Part shown: positions 25,601-37,199 of the stretch, one piece after another
How positions within the stretch are numbered: position 1 is the first letter of the stretch
Layout of the letters: every line of letters starts with the position of its first letter
Assembly (NCBI GenBank): GCA_010909165.1
Contig: MU008150.1
Span: 496,001-560,000, forward strand
Length of the DNA stretch: 64,000 nt
Direction: 5' to 3'
Origin: Anthoceros angustus
Taxonomy: Eukaryota > Plantae > Anthocerotophyta
Notes under the pieces: generated by a model
The model's database searches: none
Told to the model about the DNA's origin: nothing
Seen by the model: the letters and a program-made list of their open reading frames with translations, nothing else
Position numbers and translations under genes: made by a program

Positions 25601-27487
25601 AAGGTCAGACAGGTAATCCGGTTCCACCACAACCACAAGCTGCACTTCCAGCCCCAATTCAAGCACCTGTCCAACCCGCACCATTCCAACCACGAATAGG
25701 TCACCAACTAATCAACTTCACCGCCTCCTATGCCTCCGACTAGAATGACATACCTGAACCACCTATACCACGAGCCCGTCTCAGAGATCCACCACCGCCC
25801 CTCCACGATCCCATTGGAAGGATCCACCATATCAGCCTGGAGACTCCCTGACTTCCAAGAGCAACACTGATCTAGCTCCAGCTCCCGAGGGCATGCAACC
25901 ACAGCACACTCATCAGATCAACGTGGCTCTACACCAAGCTATGTCAGCTATTGAAATGCACGACGTGCCTCAGTCAATTGAAGAAGCTTTCAAGTCCCCT
26001 GAGTGGACTGCAGCAGCTAAGTCGGAGTATGACTCACTTATTGCCAACAAGACATGGATACTTACCAAATTACCACCAGGCCGCAAGCCAATATCCTGCA
26101 AGTGGACATTCAGGAGAAAATTGAATCCAGACGGTACTGTATCAAGGTGCAAGGCAAGGCTAGTCGCCAGAGGCTTCAGCCAAGTTCCTGGCTTCGATTA
26201 TGAGGAGAATCGACTCTGTACGTCCAAATCCACATCCATCGATACTTGGCCCGCAACAACACCGCCTAGACATCCACCAAGTCGACGTAAAGACTGCTTT
26301 TCTATATGGTACACTCAATGAAGACATTTACATGCTCCAGCCCCCTGGTTACATCAAGGACAACAAGAAGGTTTGTAAGCTCATGAAATCTCTACTGGAC
26401 TCAAACAAATCATTGCTGTATGGAACGAAACCAGACCAGACGTGGTCCGCTTTACCTCTAGTCGATCCAGCTGCCTACCTTCTTAGACAGAAAGAGCACT
26501 TTGTCATTATTACCTTGTACGTCGACGACAATTTCATCTTTGGAAGCTGTTCTCAGATCATCCAGCATGTCAAAGATTTACTTGCCAAGGAGTACGAAAT
26601 TGTTGACATAGGCCCTCTTAAGTATGCCCTAGGCGTCCAGTTTGAGAGAAACCTAGCAGACCATTCCTTCTTCATTCATCAACAACATTATGTAGACCAG
26701 TTGTTGGACAGGTTTAACTTCAAAGATGCCAGACCTGTTACCACACCCATAGCTGCAGGTGAGAAAGTGTCAGCAGAAGACTGTCCAGCCACACCAAAAG
26801 AAGTCGAAGAAATGAAATCCATACCCTATAGTGAAGCTGTAGGCATTCTGTTGTATAAGCATTCTGGACACGTCCAGACATCTCCCAGGCTGTGAACATA
26901 GCATCCAGATATCTCTCCAATCCTGGTAAGGCCCACTAGATATGTGTCAAACGAATCCTTAGGTACTTGAAAGGAACTGCATCCCTTGACTTTCCTATGT
27001 GACAGAAAAGAAGCTCAGACTACATGTTTTTCGGGACAGACCGGCCGGTGATCCTCGATGCAAGAAAGTCGGCTTCAAGATAATGCACCACGATCAACGG
27101 CTCACTTGTCTCTTGGGCATGCAAGAAGATGCCGACAGTATGCCTCTCATCCACTCAAGTAGTACCGCAACTTCCCGGCAAGAAAAGAAATTCTCCGGAT
27201 ACGGGGTTCCACGTAAGGCCAACGAGGAGGCGATCACCCATAGTACTGCGCGACACCGCCTATCGCCATGACTCTCAACCCTGTGATGCATGCTAGGACC
27301 AAGCACGTCCAGATACAACACCACTTCATCTGGCAAGTTGTGAGCAGCAAGCAAGTCACGCTTAGCTATGTCGCAACTGAGGAGAACACCGCCGACCTGC
27401 TAACCAAAGGACTCTCAAAGGCACCTCACGAGCGGCATGTGCAAGCAATAGGGTTGATAGCACGAGAGACTTATCATGGAGGGGGAG
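22575..27487 (+). mobile_element. Second Ty1/Copia element with a short (~120 bp) non-canonical LTR; no LTR directly after the PPT
   Basis: PBS TGGTATCAGAGC 22695; gag (RDRFTGSDYDI*, zinc knuckle CNWCRIPGHYENEC); GAG-pre-integrase (LLWHCRAGH); integrase (YFLTILDEWSRYC); RT (CKARLVARGF, VDVKTAFLYG, LYVDD); RNase H (HARTKHVQIQHHF...ADLLTKGL); PPT-like GGAGGGGGAG at 27478-27487. Confidence 0.92.
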
Positions 27488-27975
27488 CCAACTTCCGGCT
27501 CCAGGCAAGGGACACTGAAGACTTCCACAACTCGAGCTGCTGGGTTTCTGCGCAGCTCAGCACGCAACTTGGCGGTGGAGTGACAACTTTGTTTGCCGAG
27601 CGAGCAGTGGAACTAAAATTGTGTTACAACACAGCAGATGATCGGGTTGTTTCCCCCTATCAGAAGCCCCTAAGACTCTTGAAGAGGTTGATTCAGCTGT
27701 GTACATTAGAGGGAGATTGGGTGCCGGACGGGTGCGCAGGATCGGGATCTGGTATGATAGCAGCTGTTCAGTTATGCCGTAATGTCATTTCTGTTGATGT
27801 GGATCCCAGGTGTGCTCAATTCATGGATCTTCGAATCAATTCCATGGACAACTGGCCGACGGAAGAGGAGGAGGTAGGCGAGGAGCCTGGCTATGGAGGT
27901 GGCAAGACGTTCAATAAGGAGCCCATGGTGAACAACATGGCTGGTGCCCGGGGTTCATATGTGTCGTTGAAGTAG
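27488..27975 (+). pseudogene. C-terminal half of a beta-class N4-cytosine/N6-adenine DNA methyltransferase (N6_N4_Mtase-like)
   Basis: SPYQKPLRLLKRLIQLCTLEGDWVPDGCAGSGSGMIAAVQLCRNVISVDVDPRCAQFMDLRI matches the HPTQKP..LL.RLI...T..GD.VLDPF.GSGTT..AA....R..IG.E pattern (motif X/I); acidic tail; in frame with the upstream RNase H. Confidence 0.85.
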
Positions 27976-29309
27976 AGACCAACGAGGAAGCCGGAGACCA
28001 AAGGTCATATGGCATGTGGTGAAGCAGCTGCAGGCAACAACCCAATGGTCCTTGGGGATGCGGAGCAGCAAGTGAAGGATGCAGAGGAGCCCCCTCATGC
28101 GGGTTGGCTTGACATGGTGGGGATGTAGGATTGGAAAACTTTGCTCCACGATCGAGGTGTGTCGTGTGACGGTGGATAGGCTACGTGTTTGCTCGAGATT
28201 CGGTAGGAGAACGGTGTGGGTCTTAAGCACCCACAGCCGGTGGTAGCTGGCACTTTGGTCGAACGTGCATGCAAGCAGGCAATGAACACAACAAACACAT
28301 CAAAGGTCAAGGTCCTCGGAGGCATTTAGACAACCAACACGGTCTTGATGGAGCACGCAAGCCAGGAAGCATGGGAGTGGTGCCGATTCCGGAGAATGTG
28401 TTCAGCAGTTGCTTGACGTCGGTTATTTGATGAGCGAGATCATGGGCGTCTGTTGCTACACACAACCAGTAAGGTATGGATTTCATAAACAACGGACCAC
28501 CAATTTCCGCGATGGCGCGTCCACTCTGCAAGACAAAGCAGAATGTAAAGTCGCGGCCTCGTCTGGGGCCTCAACGCCCCCAGTTGATTTTTTTTCGGGG
28601 TAGTGGAGGTGAATTTTTAGAAAGAGAATTGACCTTTTGGTCATTGTTTTACTCAATATAGTAAAATTTATTACAATACAGTAGAAAACATGCCAGGTGG
28701 GGTGAAAATGATCTACCATCAAGGTTGAAAGCAGGGCACTAGAGTAGAAAAAAATGACCACCAAGTGAATACCAGGTGCATCTAGTAGAAGCTCATTCTA
28801 GAAATCCCACCAAAATCGCTAACCTGGCAAAAACATTTTCTGTTAAGTAATGTTTATGCGGATCCAGGATATACAAAAAACCAATAAGGAAACCTTTTCT
28901 TTGCAGAGTTTCCTGTATATCCAGAATGGCATGCATTCCTGCCAATCCTAATCCATCTCCACCAGCGGCCCAAAGACGGACACCTGCACAGCCCGGACGA
29001 GTGCACGCGATTGAAACTTAAAAGCAAACAACTGGCCAGCAACAATTTCAAGTAATGAAGAGTAAATACCAGAATAGATTGAACTCTGCTTCAACAACAA
29101 TGAAACCTACAAACAACGAAAATTAGCACCCAAATAGTAATTAGGCTGATACTAGAAAACACTGGGAATAATCATAACAACAAATACTTAAGCAACGATA
29201 CTCACCTTATTTTGGGAAATTGACTGTACAATTATGCAGATTGAAATTGTAATTTTCACGACTACTTGGCTTGATTGGCACTTGTCCAGCATTATCATAG
29301 TTGGCAAGA

Positions 29310-30250
29310 AATTGATGGACGTGGGTAGACAAGGCCAAAAAACTCAACCTCATCCATATTACACTGGCCAAGCATTTGCACTATGAGACATTTGAAGAGG
29401 TTCAGGAACGATATCCCGATTACTGCATGGTGAATCAAATTAGTAACTTCTAGCCTGCCTTCAAAAATCTGGTCAGTCCTCGATGAACACTTAGCTATAC
29501 CCAAATCAGAGTTTCTCTCTTGTGGTGCTTCTTGTCCTTATAAGTCATGGAAAGTGGAGGCCTTAACACCGTACATTCGAATAGTAGAACGTCCGGTAGC
29601 ATTTGACTGGTGGGTTGTGTCTTTCATGTCTGCAGCGTGCCAACACTTGCCTTGAGTGGGGTGCCCTACCTGAGAACTTCAAGGAGCACATGTTCAAGGC
29701 CAGAGCTTGGAAGCAGATGGAGGAGTCGCAACGTGCCTTGAGATCAACCACATCGAGGATCGATGACCATCGTGAAACTCCAAGCCGAAAAACCCAAAGA
29801 AGGGTCGGGATCTGTGACAACATAGTGAACATGGCCCGGTTGTAGAGCCTCGATCATGCTTTGTTGTTAGACCTCCCTAAAGGCTTGGATCTAGATCCCC
29901 AATCTCGAGAGTATGACACAAGATTTACCAAGGCAGAGTTTGAAGGGGTCATCATGCAGTTGAAAGGCATCACCACATCCCAGGTATTTCGTATTGTGGT
30001 CTTCCATTCTCCGGATGACACATCTATGGTGAGAGAAGTGCTAATGGAAGCGTGTAGGGGTGCTGTGACGACATGTTACTGACATAAAATCAATGTGACA
30101 GCATTGTCAGAGGACAGGCTGTACGATGTAGGGGACTTTTTCACTTGCGCTGCTGGAAGCTTGGATAAGGATTGTGTGCCTCAACCGTTTGTACTCAGAC
30201 AAGCATAGGGAATCGAAGCCATCTTCGACATCATTTAGGGCACCCGAATG
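29310..30250 (+). pseudogene. Decayed ORF ending in the N-terminal (motif IV) half of a beta-class DNA methyltransferase
   Basis: LLDLPKGLD...EYDTRFTKAEFEGVIMQL...FRIVVFHS...CY*HKINVTALSEDRLYDVGDFF resembles DPPYG...WD...VF...W.K.N...L...E. Upstream protein-like frame WTWVDKAKKLNLIHITLAKHLHYETFEEVQERYPDY; stops and frameshifts. Confidence 0.6.
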
Positions 30251-30352
30251 AGGGGAGTGTTGTGACCCATACCGGTAGCGGCACATTAGGGCACGCTTCA
30301 CATGCGTGAGCAATAAATAATTATTAAATGTGGTAGATAGCATTTACTGCAT

Positions 30353-30474
30353 TAACCTCAACGGTTATGTGGAAATAGTTATTGCGCACATCGTGCCTAG
30401 TAGTTATAACCGCCATGAGTGCATTGTATAAATAGCCCAAGTGCTCATCAATAAAATATCCTTTTCTGCTTTAT
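30353..30474 (+). repeat. Third copy of the short Copia LTR (solo LTR or displaced 3' LTR)
   Basis: Matches 22575-22694; flanked by TGCAT on both sides (30348-30352, 30475-30479); no PBS after it. Confidence 0.85.
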
Positions 30475-30489
30475 TGCATCTCACTTTAG

Positions 30490-31190
30490 AGGTAAGAGAC
30501 TCAATCGCTGAGTTGAGAAAATGAGTTCCCCTATCGCTCATCAACTCCAAAGGACACCCATACCGAGTTATGATGTTTACAAAGAGAAACTTTGCCACTG
30601 TTGGCGCATCATCGTTTTTTGTTGCTTCGGCCTCTACCATTTTTGTGCTTGTTGCTTCGGCCTCTACCATTTTTGTGCTTGTTGCTTCGGCCTCTACCAT
30701 TTTTGTGCTTGTTGCTTCGGCCTCTACCATTTTTGTGCAGTAGTCCGTAGCCACCAAGATATATTGCTTCCTTGTCCATTTTGTGGGTGGCTTGATGGGA
30801 CCCACAAAGTCTATGCCCCACTTCTCGAAAGGTGCCAAAGGTAGGATATAAGTAAGAGGCCATTATGTTGACAAAGTTGGCCTCCCAACCCATTGGCACG
30901 CATCACACCTCTGAACAAAATCCCACACATCCCTCTGCATCGTGGCCTACCGAAAGCCTGCACCTAGGATCTTCTACATGGTAATTTGTACCGAATAATG
31001 GCCTCCGGCTTCTTCTGCATGCAAAGCTTCTATGACGAGAGTAGCTTCCTTCTCTTCCAAACATCGTCGGATCTTCTCACATGGACCAAGCTTGGATAAG
31101 ACCCCATCTCTTAGACAATAAGGCAGTTTTGTGAAGAAAAATAACACGCCCTTCCCTCAACAAACCATCAAGCATATCCCATGCTCTAAG
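30490..31190 (-). mobile_element. Gypsy integrase fragment (H2C2 zinc region + rve core) with an in-frame 30-bp x4 tandem expansion
   Basis: [16 protein letters not shown]...YILVATDYC([10 protein letters not shown])x4...[11 protein letters not shown]; repeat units start at 30621, 30651, 30681, 30711. Confidence 0.9.
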
Positions 31191-31269
31191 AATCTTCGTA
31201 CCTCACCTTTTAGCAAATACCGTGGACATGGGAGTCCTTCGAACTGTCGGCTATTGCGTTATCAGCAAA

Positions 31270-32179
31270 CCCTATCCTGCATGCACGCTTGAAACATATC
31301 GAGATTCAATTTCATTACATCCGCCAGGCTGTCCAGCAAAGGATTATCCAGCTTACCTATGTCCCTACAGCCCAGAATGTGGCTGATTTGCTAACAAGAG
31401 GACTCTCCAAATTATTGCATGAGCAACATAGGCAGTCGCTGGGTCTAATGGAAACAGGGACTCATCAGAAACCTGCAAGCAGAGCTGATGCTGCGGGTTA
31501 GCAGCCTGGCAGCGCATACACTATGTCCCTTGGAGCAACAACACACACCAGCGCACACATCAGCTACATGCAGCTGCTCCCTGGATGAAGCCTTACAGCT
31601 ATAGCTAGTCGGCAGTAGTAGCATGTTACCTTCTCAACAGTCGTCAGGCAAGCGTTTTTGAAGACAAGCAGAAGCTCTTGGTCTGTGATGGACGGATCCT
31701 TGCGGGTCCTAGGTCTCTGCTTCTTCACATCAGGCACGAGTTTTGACGGCATCCGAGTTTCCATTTTCCTCACCGTTTGTTCTTTGGGGGGGCCTGGTCT
31801 CGCAGCGGCAAGCGTGTTGCGCGCTCCGCCCCGACGCGATTAGACCTATGCAATTTTTAGCACCGCGATTGCGAGCTCCGGGGTGTGCGCAGTGTTTTTC
31901 AGCAGCGCGTTCGCCATTCAGCTCAGCAATCACGTACAGCGACAGAGACTATGTGTGGACGCGATTTCGCTTTAAAGTTCAGCCATAGAAGCTGCCGCGT
32001 CCTATCTTATCTGGCTTATTACCAAGTTCAGTGAGAGGGGGTGTTAGATAATATCCTTTATCTTCATCCAGCCCTAACTTGTCATAATCTACGACACGTT
32101 ATTATCACTTTAGTTTTTAGGGCATGAAACGGTTTGTCGGTTCACACATTTTCTTGTACCACCTTGAGACTCTTTAACA
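31270..32179 (+). mobile_element. 3' end of a third Copia element (RNase H, 3'UTR, PPT, LTR)
   Basis: KHIEIQFHYIRQ...ADLLTRGL; PPT GAGAGGGGG at ~32033; LTR TGTTAGA...TTTAACA 32042-32179. Confidence 0.8.
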
Positions 32180-33004
32180 TCATTCTTATGCGCGCAAGTT
32201 GCTTGGTGTGTTCTCTGCCTGGGTCCCATGTACAAGTTTTTCACCCCAGAACGCTGAATTACTCATATTGAGTCGTTCAGCTCACGTTTCGGGCTCCTGA
32301 CTTTGTCTTTACACACGGGTGTCACTGGGAACCTTTGAGAGATGTCCGCGGCAGGGGTCTGGACATGTCAATTTTTACAACACTTCAGTTCATTCTCCAT
32401 AGCTCCGGAGCTTATCTTGCCAGACAGAGTTTCGGACCCGGGATTCCCCCCCTCTGGATTGCCCGGGCTCACCACCAGTACGTGAAAGACACTGTATACC
32501 AGTCACTAGAATGGCAGAAGTGGCGGACTCTTTGCTCTTTCTTTACATTTTGCTGCCGCTGGTGCGTGCATCTCAACCTCAGAAGCAATCACTGCTCTGA
32601 AGCGCACTTTTACCAATACAGATGTGTTTTCCGACAAATTTGAAGGAGCAAGGCGTGTGCACATCACCAGCTATGGTATCTTGAATCGACTGCAATGGCC
32701 CAGCTTGATGCGGGCTCCTGCATCTCCATCTCCTAGTCATGGTAAGGTGCGATCTTATCTTGTGGCCAAAGTAGAGGTTTTTAAGGTATCTAAGCCTGTG
32801 AGATGAACATCTCATCTCCTGCCGTCCGAGAGGTTTGGCTACCCTGCCTGGAGCCGGATGAGGGGCTCATGGGGACAGGCCACGGTACGCTCCCACAGGC
32901 TGCAGGAGTGTGCAACGAGTCAACCAGCTGAAATTATAATTCCAAGGACTTGCAGCTTGGAATACAATATTGGATTTTGAACTGCTTTGTCATCCGAAGA
33001 TCGC

Positions 33005-35101
33005 TTAGTAGAGCTGTGCTGGTAAGCGAGGAGACGGAACTGCTACCAGTGGCTGCTTCTTGCGAACTGTGATACCAGAACTCTCCGACATGTCCAGGTT
33101 CTCTGGAGTCACGCCTTCGGGTAGGTTCCAGTTGAAAGATTGCACCAGTCTTCCCACGGTGTAGTGGACAGTCAAAGCTCCCAAGGTGACGCCCTGCCCA
33201 TGTGCAGCAATGAACCTAAAGTCATCAAGGGAAGCTTTTGCACGACTGCAGCCTAGCCTGCCATATAGACGAGTAAAACAATGGGGGATTTCTATGTCAC
33301 AAGTAACATGATGTACCGGGCAACGACGTCTTCCTGCACCGAAGGGAAGTAGCTGGTAATGTGCGCCTCTGAAATCCACTTCGCTGCATATCAAGAGTTT
33401 GCACGTCGTCACGATGAATGTCTGCAGCAAGAACAGACAAAACTGTCTCTAGACTTGTAGAGCCCAAATACCTGTTGATGAATCTGTCAGGATTGAAATC
33501 CAAGGGCCGGTCCCAAACGTCTGGATTTCTGGCCATTCCCCAGGCATTGACGTACAGCATTGTGTTGGCAGGAATGTCGAAGCCAGCAACCTGGCAAGCC
33601 TCGGAGGCGCAGTGGGGAATAAGCAAAGGCACAGGAGGATGTAAACGGAAAGTCTCCTTCACCACCGCCTGAAGGTAAGGGAGATCAGGGATATCGGCCT
33701 CGGTGACCACCCGATCCCTCCCCACCACAGCATCCATCTCTTGTTGGGCGGTTTTCAGCTGCTCTGGATGTTTCAGCAATTCTGCCATAGCCCACTCAAT
33801 GCTGAGCATGGCGGTGTCTGTCCCGGCGTCGTACATAGTCTAGAGAGCACATGAGCCATATTAGTTGACACTCATGTATGACTTTGTTCCTGAACACGAT
33901 GACAGAAAGCAGCCCAGCTGGATTTCGAGTCCTGGGACCTGCTACTGCTTACATTGAGGATGCCTTTCATCTCGTTGTTTGTCATGGTGCCTGCTCCGTT
34001 CTCTCCCGGCAAACTGAGAAGAACGTCCAGGACATCCCGAGCTGCTTCAGCACCTGGCTCTAAGGTTCGCAGGTACTGCCGGTGCTCAGCTATGACCATT
34101 TCGTAGAAAGCATCCAGTCGTGCATGGGTTGCTTGCATATCACTCTTAGTCCTGATTAGTCCGTCCAAGAAGCCCAGATAGGGGACAAAGTCTTCGAAGA
34201 GGGGAGACAAGGCCAGCCGGAGAACTTCTTTCACCAGAACCTTGAACTCTTCTGCCTGCAGGCACAATCTCCAAGATCGTTTCCAATTTACACAATCTTC
34301 TCTTCTCTTGCTACCTTGTCAACTACGAGAATTAAATGAACATCCTCACACAAACAAACCAACCTGCTCGGGGTTCGAGACGAAGGACTGGTCGGACTCC
34401 CGCTCCGCCTTCGCTCCGTATGCGAAGAATCTCTTGCTGAAAATGGTTAGGGTGCTGACGTTAAACAGAAACAGAGCCACCTTGTCATGGATGTTGATGC
34501 AAGCTTGCTTGCCCGCTTCAGTCCCGCCAACTTCGTCCAAAATTGATCTCACCATGCCAGCAACTTCCTCCTTTCTCACAACCTGCGACTGCTGCACTCG
34601 CCTGGGGCTGAGGATATGCGTGGACAAAATCGACAGCAGACGCTTCGTGTGTTTGTTGTAGGGGCTGAGTGCCACAGTGTTTTCCTGGAAGACAAGGTAC
34701 TTAGAAGCACCAGAGACGGGCCGTGAAGAAAAGATGGCGTCCCGCTCCTTGAGAAACTCCCGTGCCATGTCGGGGGAATCGATGACCACGGCCAGCCGCG
34801 ACCCCATTCTGAAGCTCACCAGAGGGCCGTACTGCCTGCAGAGATCGAACAGGACCTGGTGAGGCAGCTTGTGGGGATTGGCGAAAATGGGCACCAGGCT
34901 TCCCAGCACAGGCCATCCTCGAGGCCCAGGAGGGAGCCTGGGTTTCCTGCTCACCGACTTCCACAGAATGGTACACAGAATTGCAGCCCCTGCCAATCCT
35001 GCCAACACGAGCTGCCATGTCGCATTGCTGGAGCTCCAAGAGGAAGTGGCTACGGGTCTGAAAAGAAAACGGAGGTGCCCATCTGCACGGAAGCCCGCCA
35101 T
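33005..35101 (-). CDS. Cytochrome P450, CYP71 clan (A-type), 5 exons, ~554 aa, apparently intact
   Basis: Exons 35101-34364, 34255-33953, 33839-33472, 33383-33317 and 33193-33005, all GT-AG with consistent phase. TM anchor + PPGPRGWP, AGTDT, KETFR, PDRF, heme motif FGAGRRRCPG. Confidence 0.93.
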
Positions 35102-35249
35102 GGGGCCGGCCCGGCTCCCGACAGACACTAGGACCGTTTCCACTTCTCCGGGACCGACCCTTGGATTTCTATTTCCTTCCTGGCTTATCTGTTAAATTAA
35201 GTAGTGTCAACTCTCCGAATTAGGAGAAACACAACAAATTCCAAGACCT

Positions 35250-35425
35250 CTCTATTCCGACAACCAAGGCGCTATTTCACTCATCTACAATCCCAAGTTC
35301 CATGCGCGCACCAAGCATATCAAAGTATAATTTCACTTTATCGGAAAGGTGGTCAAGGACAGTAAATTCGATATCTTATATTGGCTGACGGAGTAGATGA
35401 CAGCCGATATCCTTACCAGTTCAGT
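35250..35425 (+). mobile_element. Copia RNase H remnant
   Basis: AISLIYNPKFHARTKHIKV*FHFI...TADILT. Confidence 0.75.
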
Positions 35426-37199
35426 TAAACACCAACAACATTGCGCATCCATGGCGGTTCAGTTCAGTTCAGTTAAACAGCGTTTCGCCTCACGCTATTT
35501 TACATAACATTTCACGCTCACATTAATCTATATCCTGAACATTCACATTATTATCCAAGCAAGCTGGAGACATGCTCTATTTGAACAGTGTCAGTGCGAG
35601 GTTCTGTTCGCGCTAGGCCATAGTGCACCATGGCCGTGCGTGAGGGGCCACGAACCCATGATAGGAATCTTGCCAGATATAGCGACACGATGGCCTCAAT
35701 ATTGCCGTGAACCAAATCGAGTTGGCCGGGTTTCTTTTTTTCCATAGTTCGGATGTTCCACAGGAGACGTTGTCATGAAGGCCACTATGTGCCACTGTAA
35801 TTCGTGGAGAATCTTCTCGGCACCAAAATTTCAATTTCCCGCTCATCACGAAACTCGTTCTATGTTACTACAAACCAAGGAATGTTTCGGAGATGACATT
35901 GTATGTATTGGCAACCTTGTTTAGGGTGTACCAGGCTTCCTTGCACGAGTTCACATTACGTGAGACAACCTAGTTAACCAAAGAAGAAAGGAAACTAGCT
36001 GCTGCTCAACATACGAAGGAGTAGTACCTTATACTAAAGCTATAGTTCGTGAAAGTGTGTTGAAGAGAATACATGCAATTCTTGTGAAACTAGTACTTGT
36101 GCTAGTCATAAATCTTGATCTCTCTAAGGAGGAGCTGAAAAGGGAGAGGGAACATGAGACATCACACATCAAAATCGTAGCATTTAACAAAGAAACATAA
36201 CGTCCACGAAAGGTTGCAGGCCAGCATGGAAGTTGTACGCAAAATTATTTAAATATATTGGGCGAATAAGCTCTCGCACATCTGGTTGAAGTAGTGAATG
36301 CCATAAGGGAAGCACTATATCATAAGATGTTGACAAGTGGTGCGAAGATTAGAACCAAAGAACTTCAAGCACGTGTAGCACGACGAGAATCGATTGGCTT
36401 TCCTAGTAGTTGATTATGGCTCATCTTCACCCATAAAAAGAAAGCAAGTACAGGGGATGAACTCAACAACACCCTTTGACTACTCTATCCAAGAGTACTA
36501 CGGCGGGATTCGCTATCAACCCTGTCACGCAAGGAGTCGAAGAGCTGAAGGAAAAGTTGGTGAAAGGAAGCAAAAGCTCGCCAAAACCTGAAGATATAAC
36601 AACGTTTGGGTAGAAAGGGGTTTCTCCGATAATAAGGGGATTTGGCTAAAATCCCGTCTTTTCTTAGGCAAAAACGCCGCGGCGGGATGTTTTCCTGGTT
36701 TTTAGCATGTACACTCGGCTTGGAATAGAGTGATCAATTCTAGGGTGCCCCATTCTGCATGTTTTGACCGCTAGCGTATCTCCATGCACACGTAAATGAG
36801 CCATTTAAGAAGGTGTAAATGCAATGAAATATCTGTTTTGATAGGTTTTTCAGCATGTCTCCATGTCATCCAAAACGTGGGGTTTGCTCGGCCGGCTTGC
36901 CTCGGATATGAGTGCGCACTCACGTTCCTCATCTGAGACAATTATATATTGGTCGCTGTCCAGAGAATGATTAACATATGATATTCTTGGACAGATGAAG
37001 TTTGCAAATCAACTGCAATGCAAAACCGCTATTTTTCAAATATAGGTGCTACTCCTTGGTGGTGTGAGAATCATCTCTTCCATCTACCTTAGGGATCGCA
37101 ATTATAGAGGACAAACGGCCATTCTGCCGTTTTTTTCCGTCTAGTCCGTCGGATGCCTGGTTGGGGGCTCTCTTCAAACATGCCTTCAAAAACCCCGAT

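Noticed and set aside
27268-27975. Functional RNaseH-methyltransferase fusion protein
   Set aside because: Only the SAM-binding half is fused, the junction coincides with the PPT, and pol is broken; kept only as a structural clue.
33005-33430. P450 C-terminus with a 41-aa insertion as shown by the ORF track
   Set aside because: Better explained by a GT-AG intron 33316-33194 restoring RCPG-VTLG.
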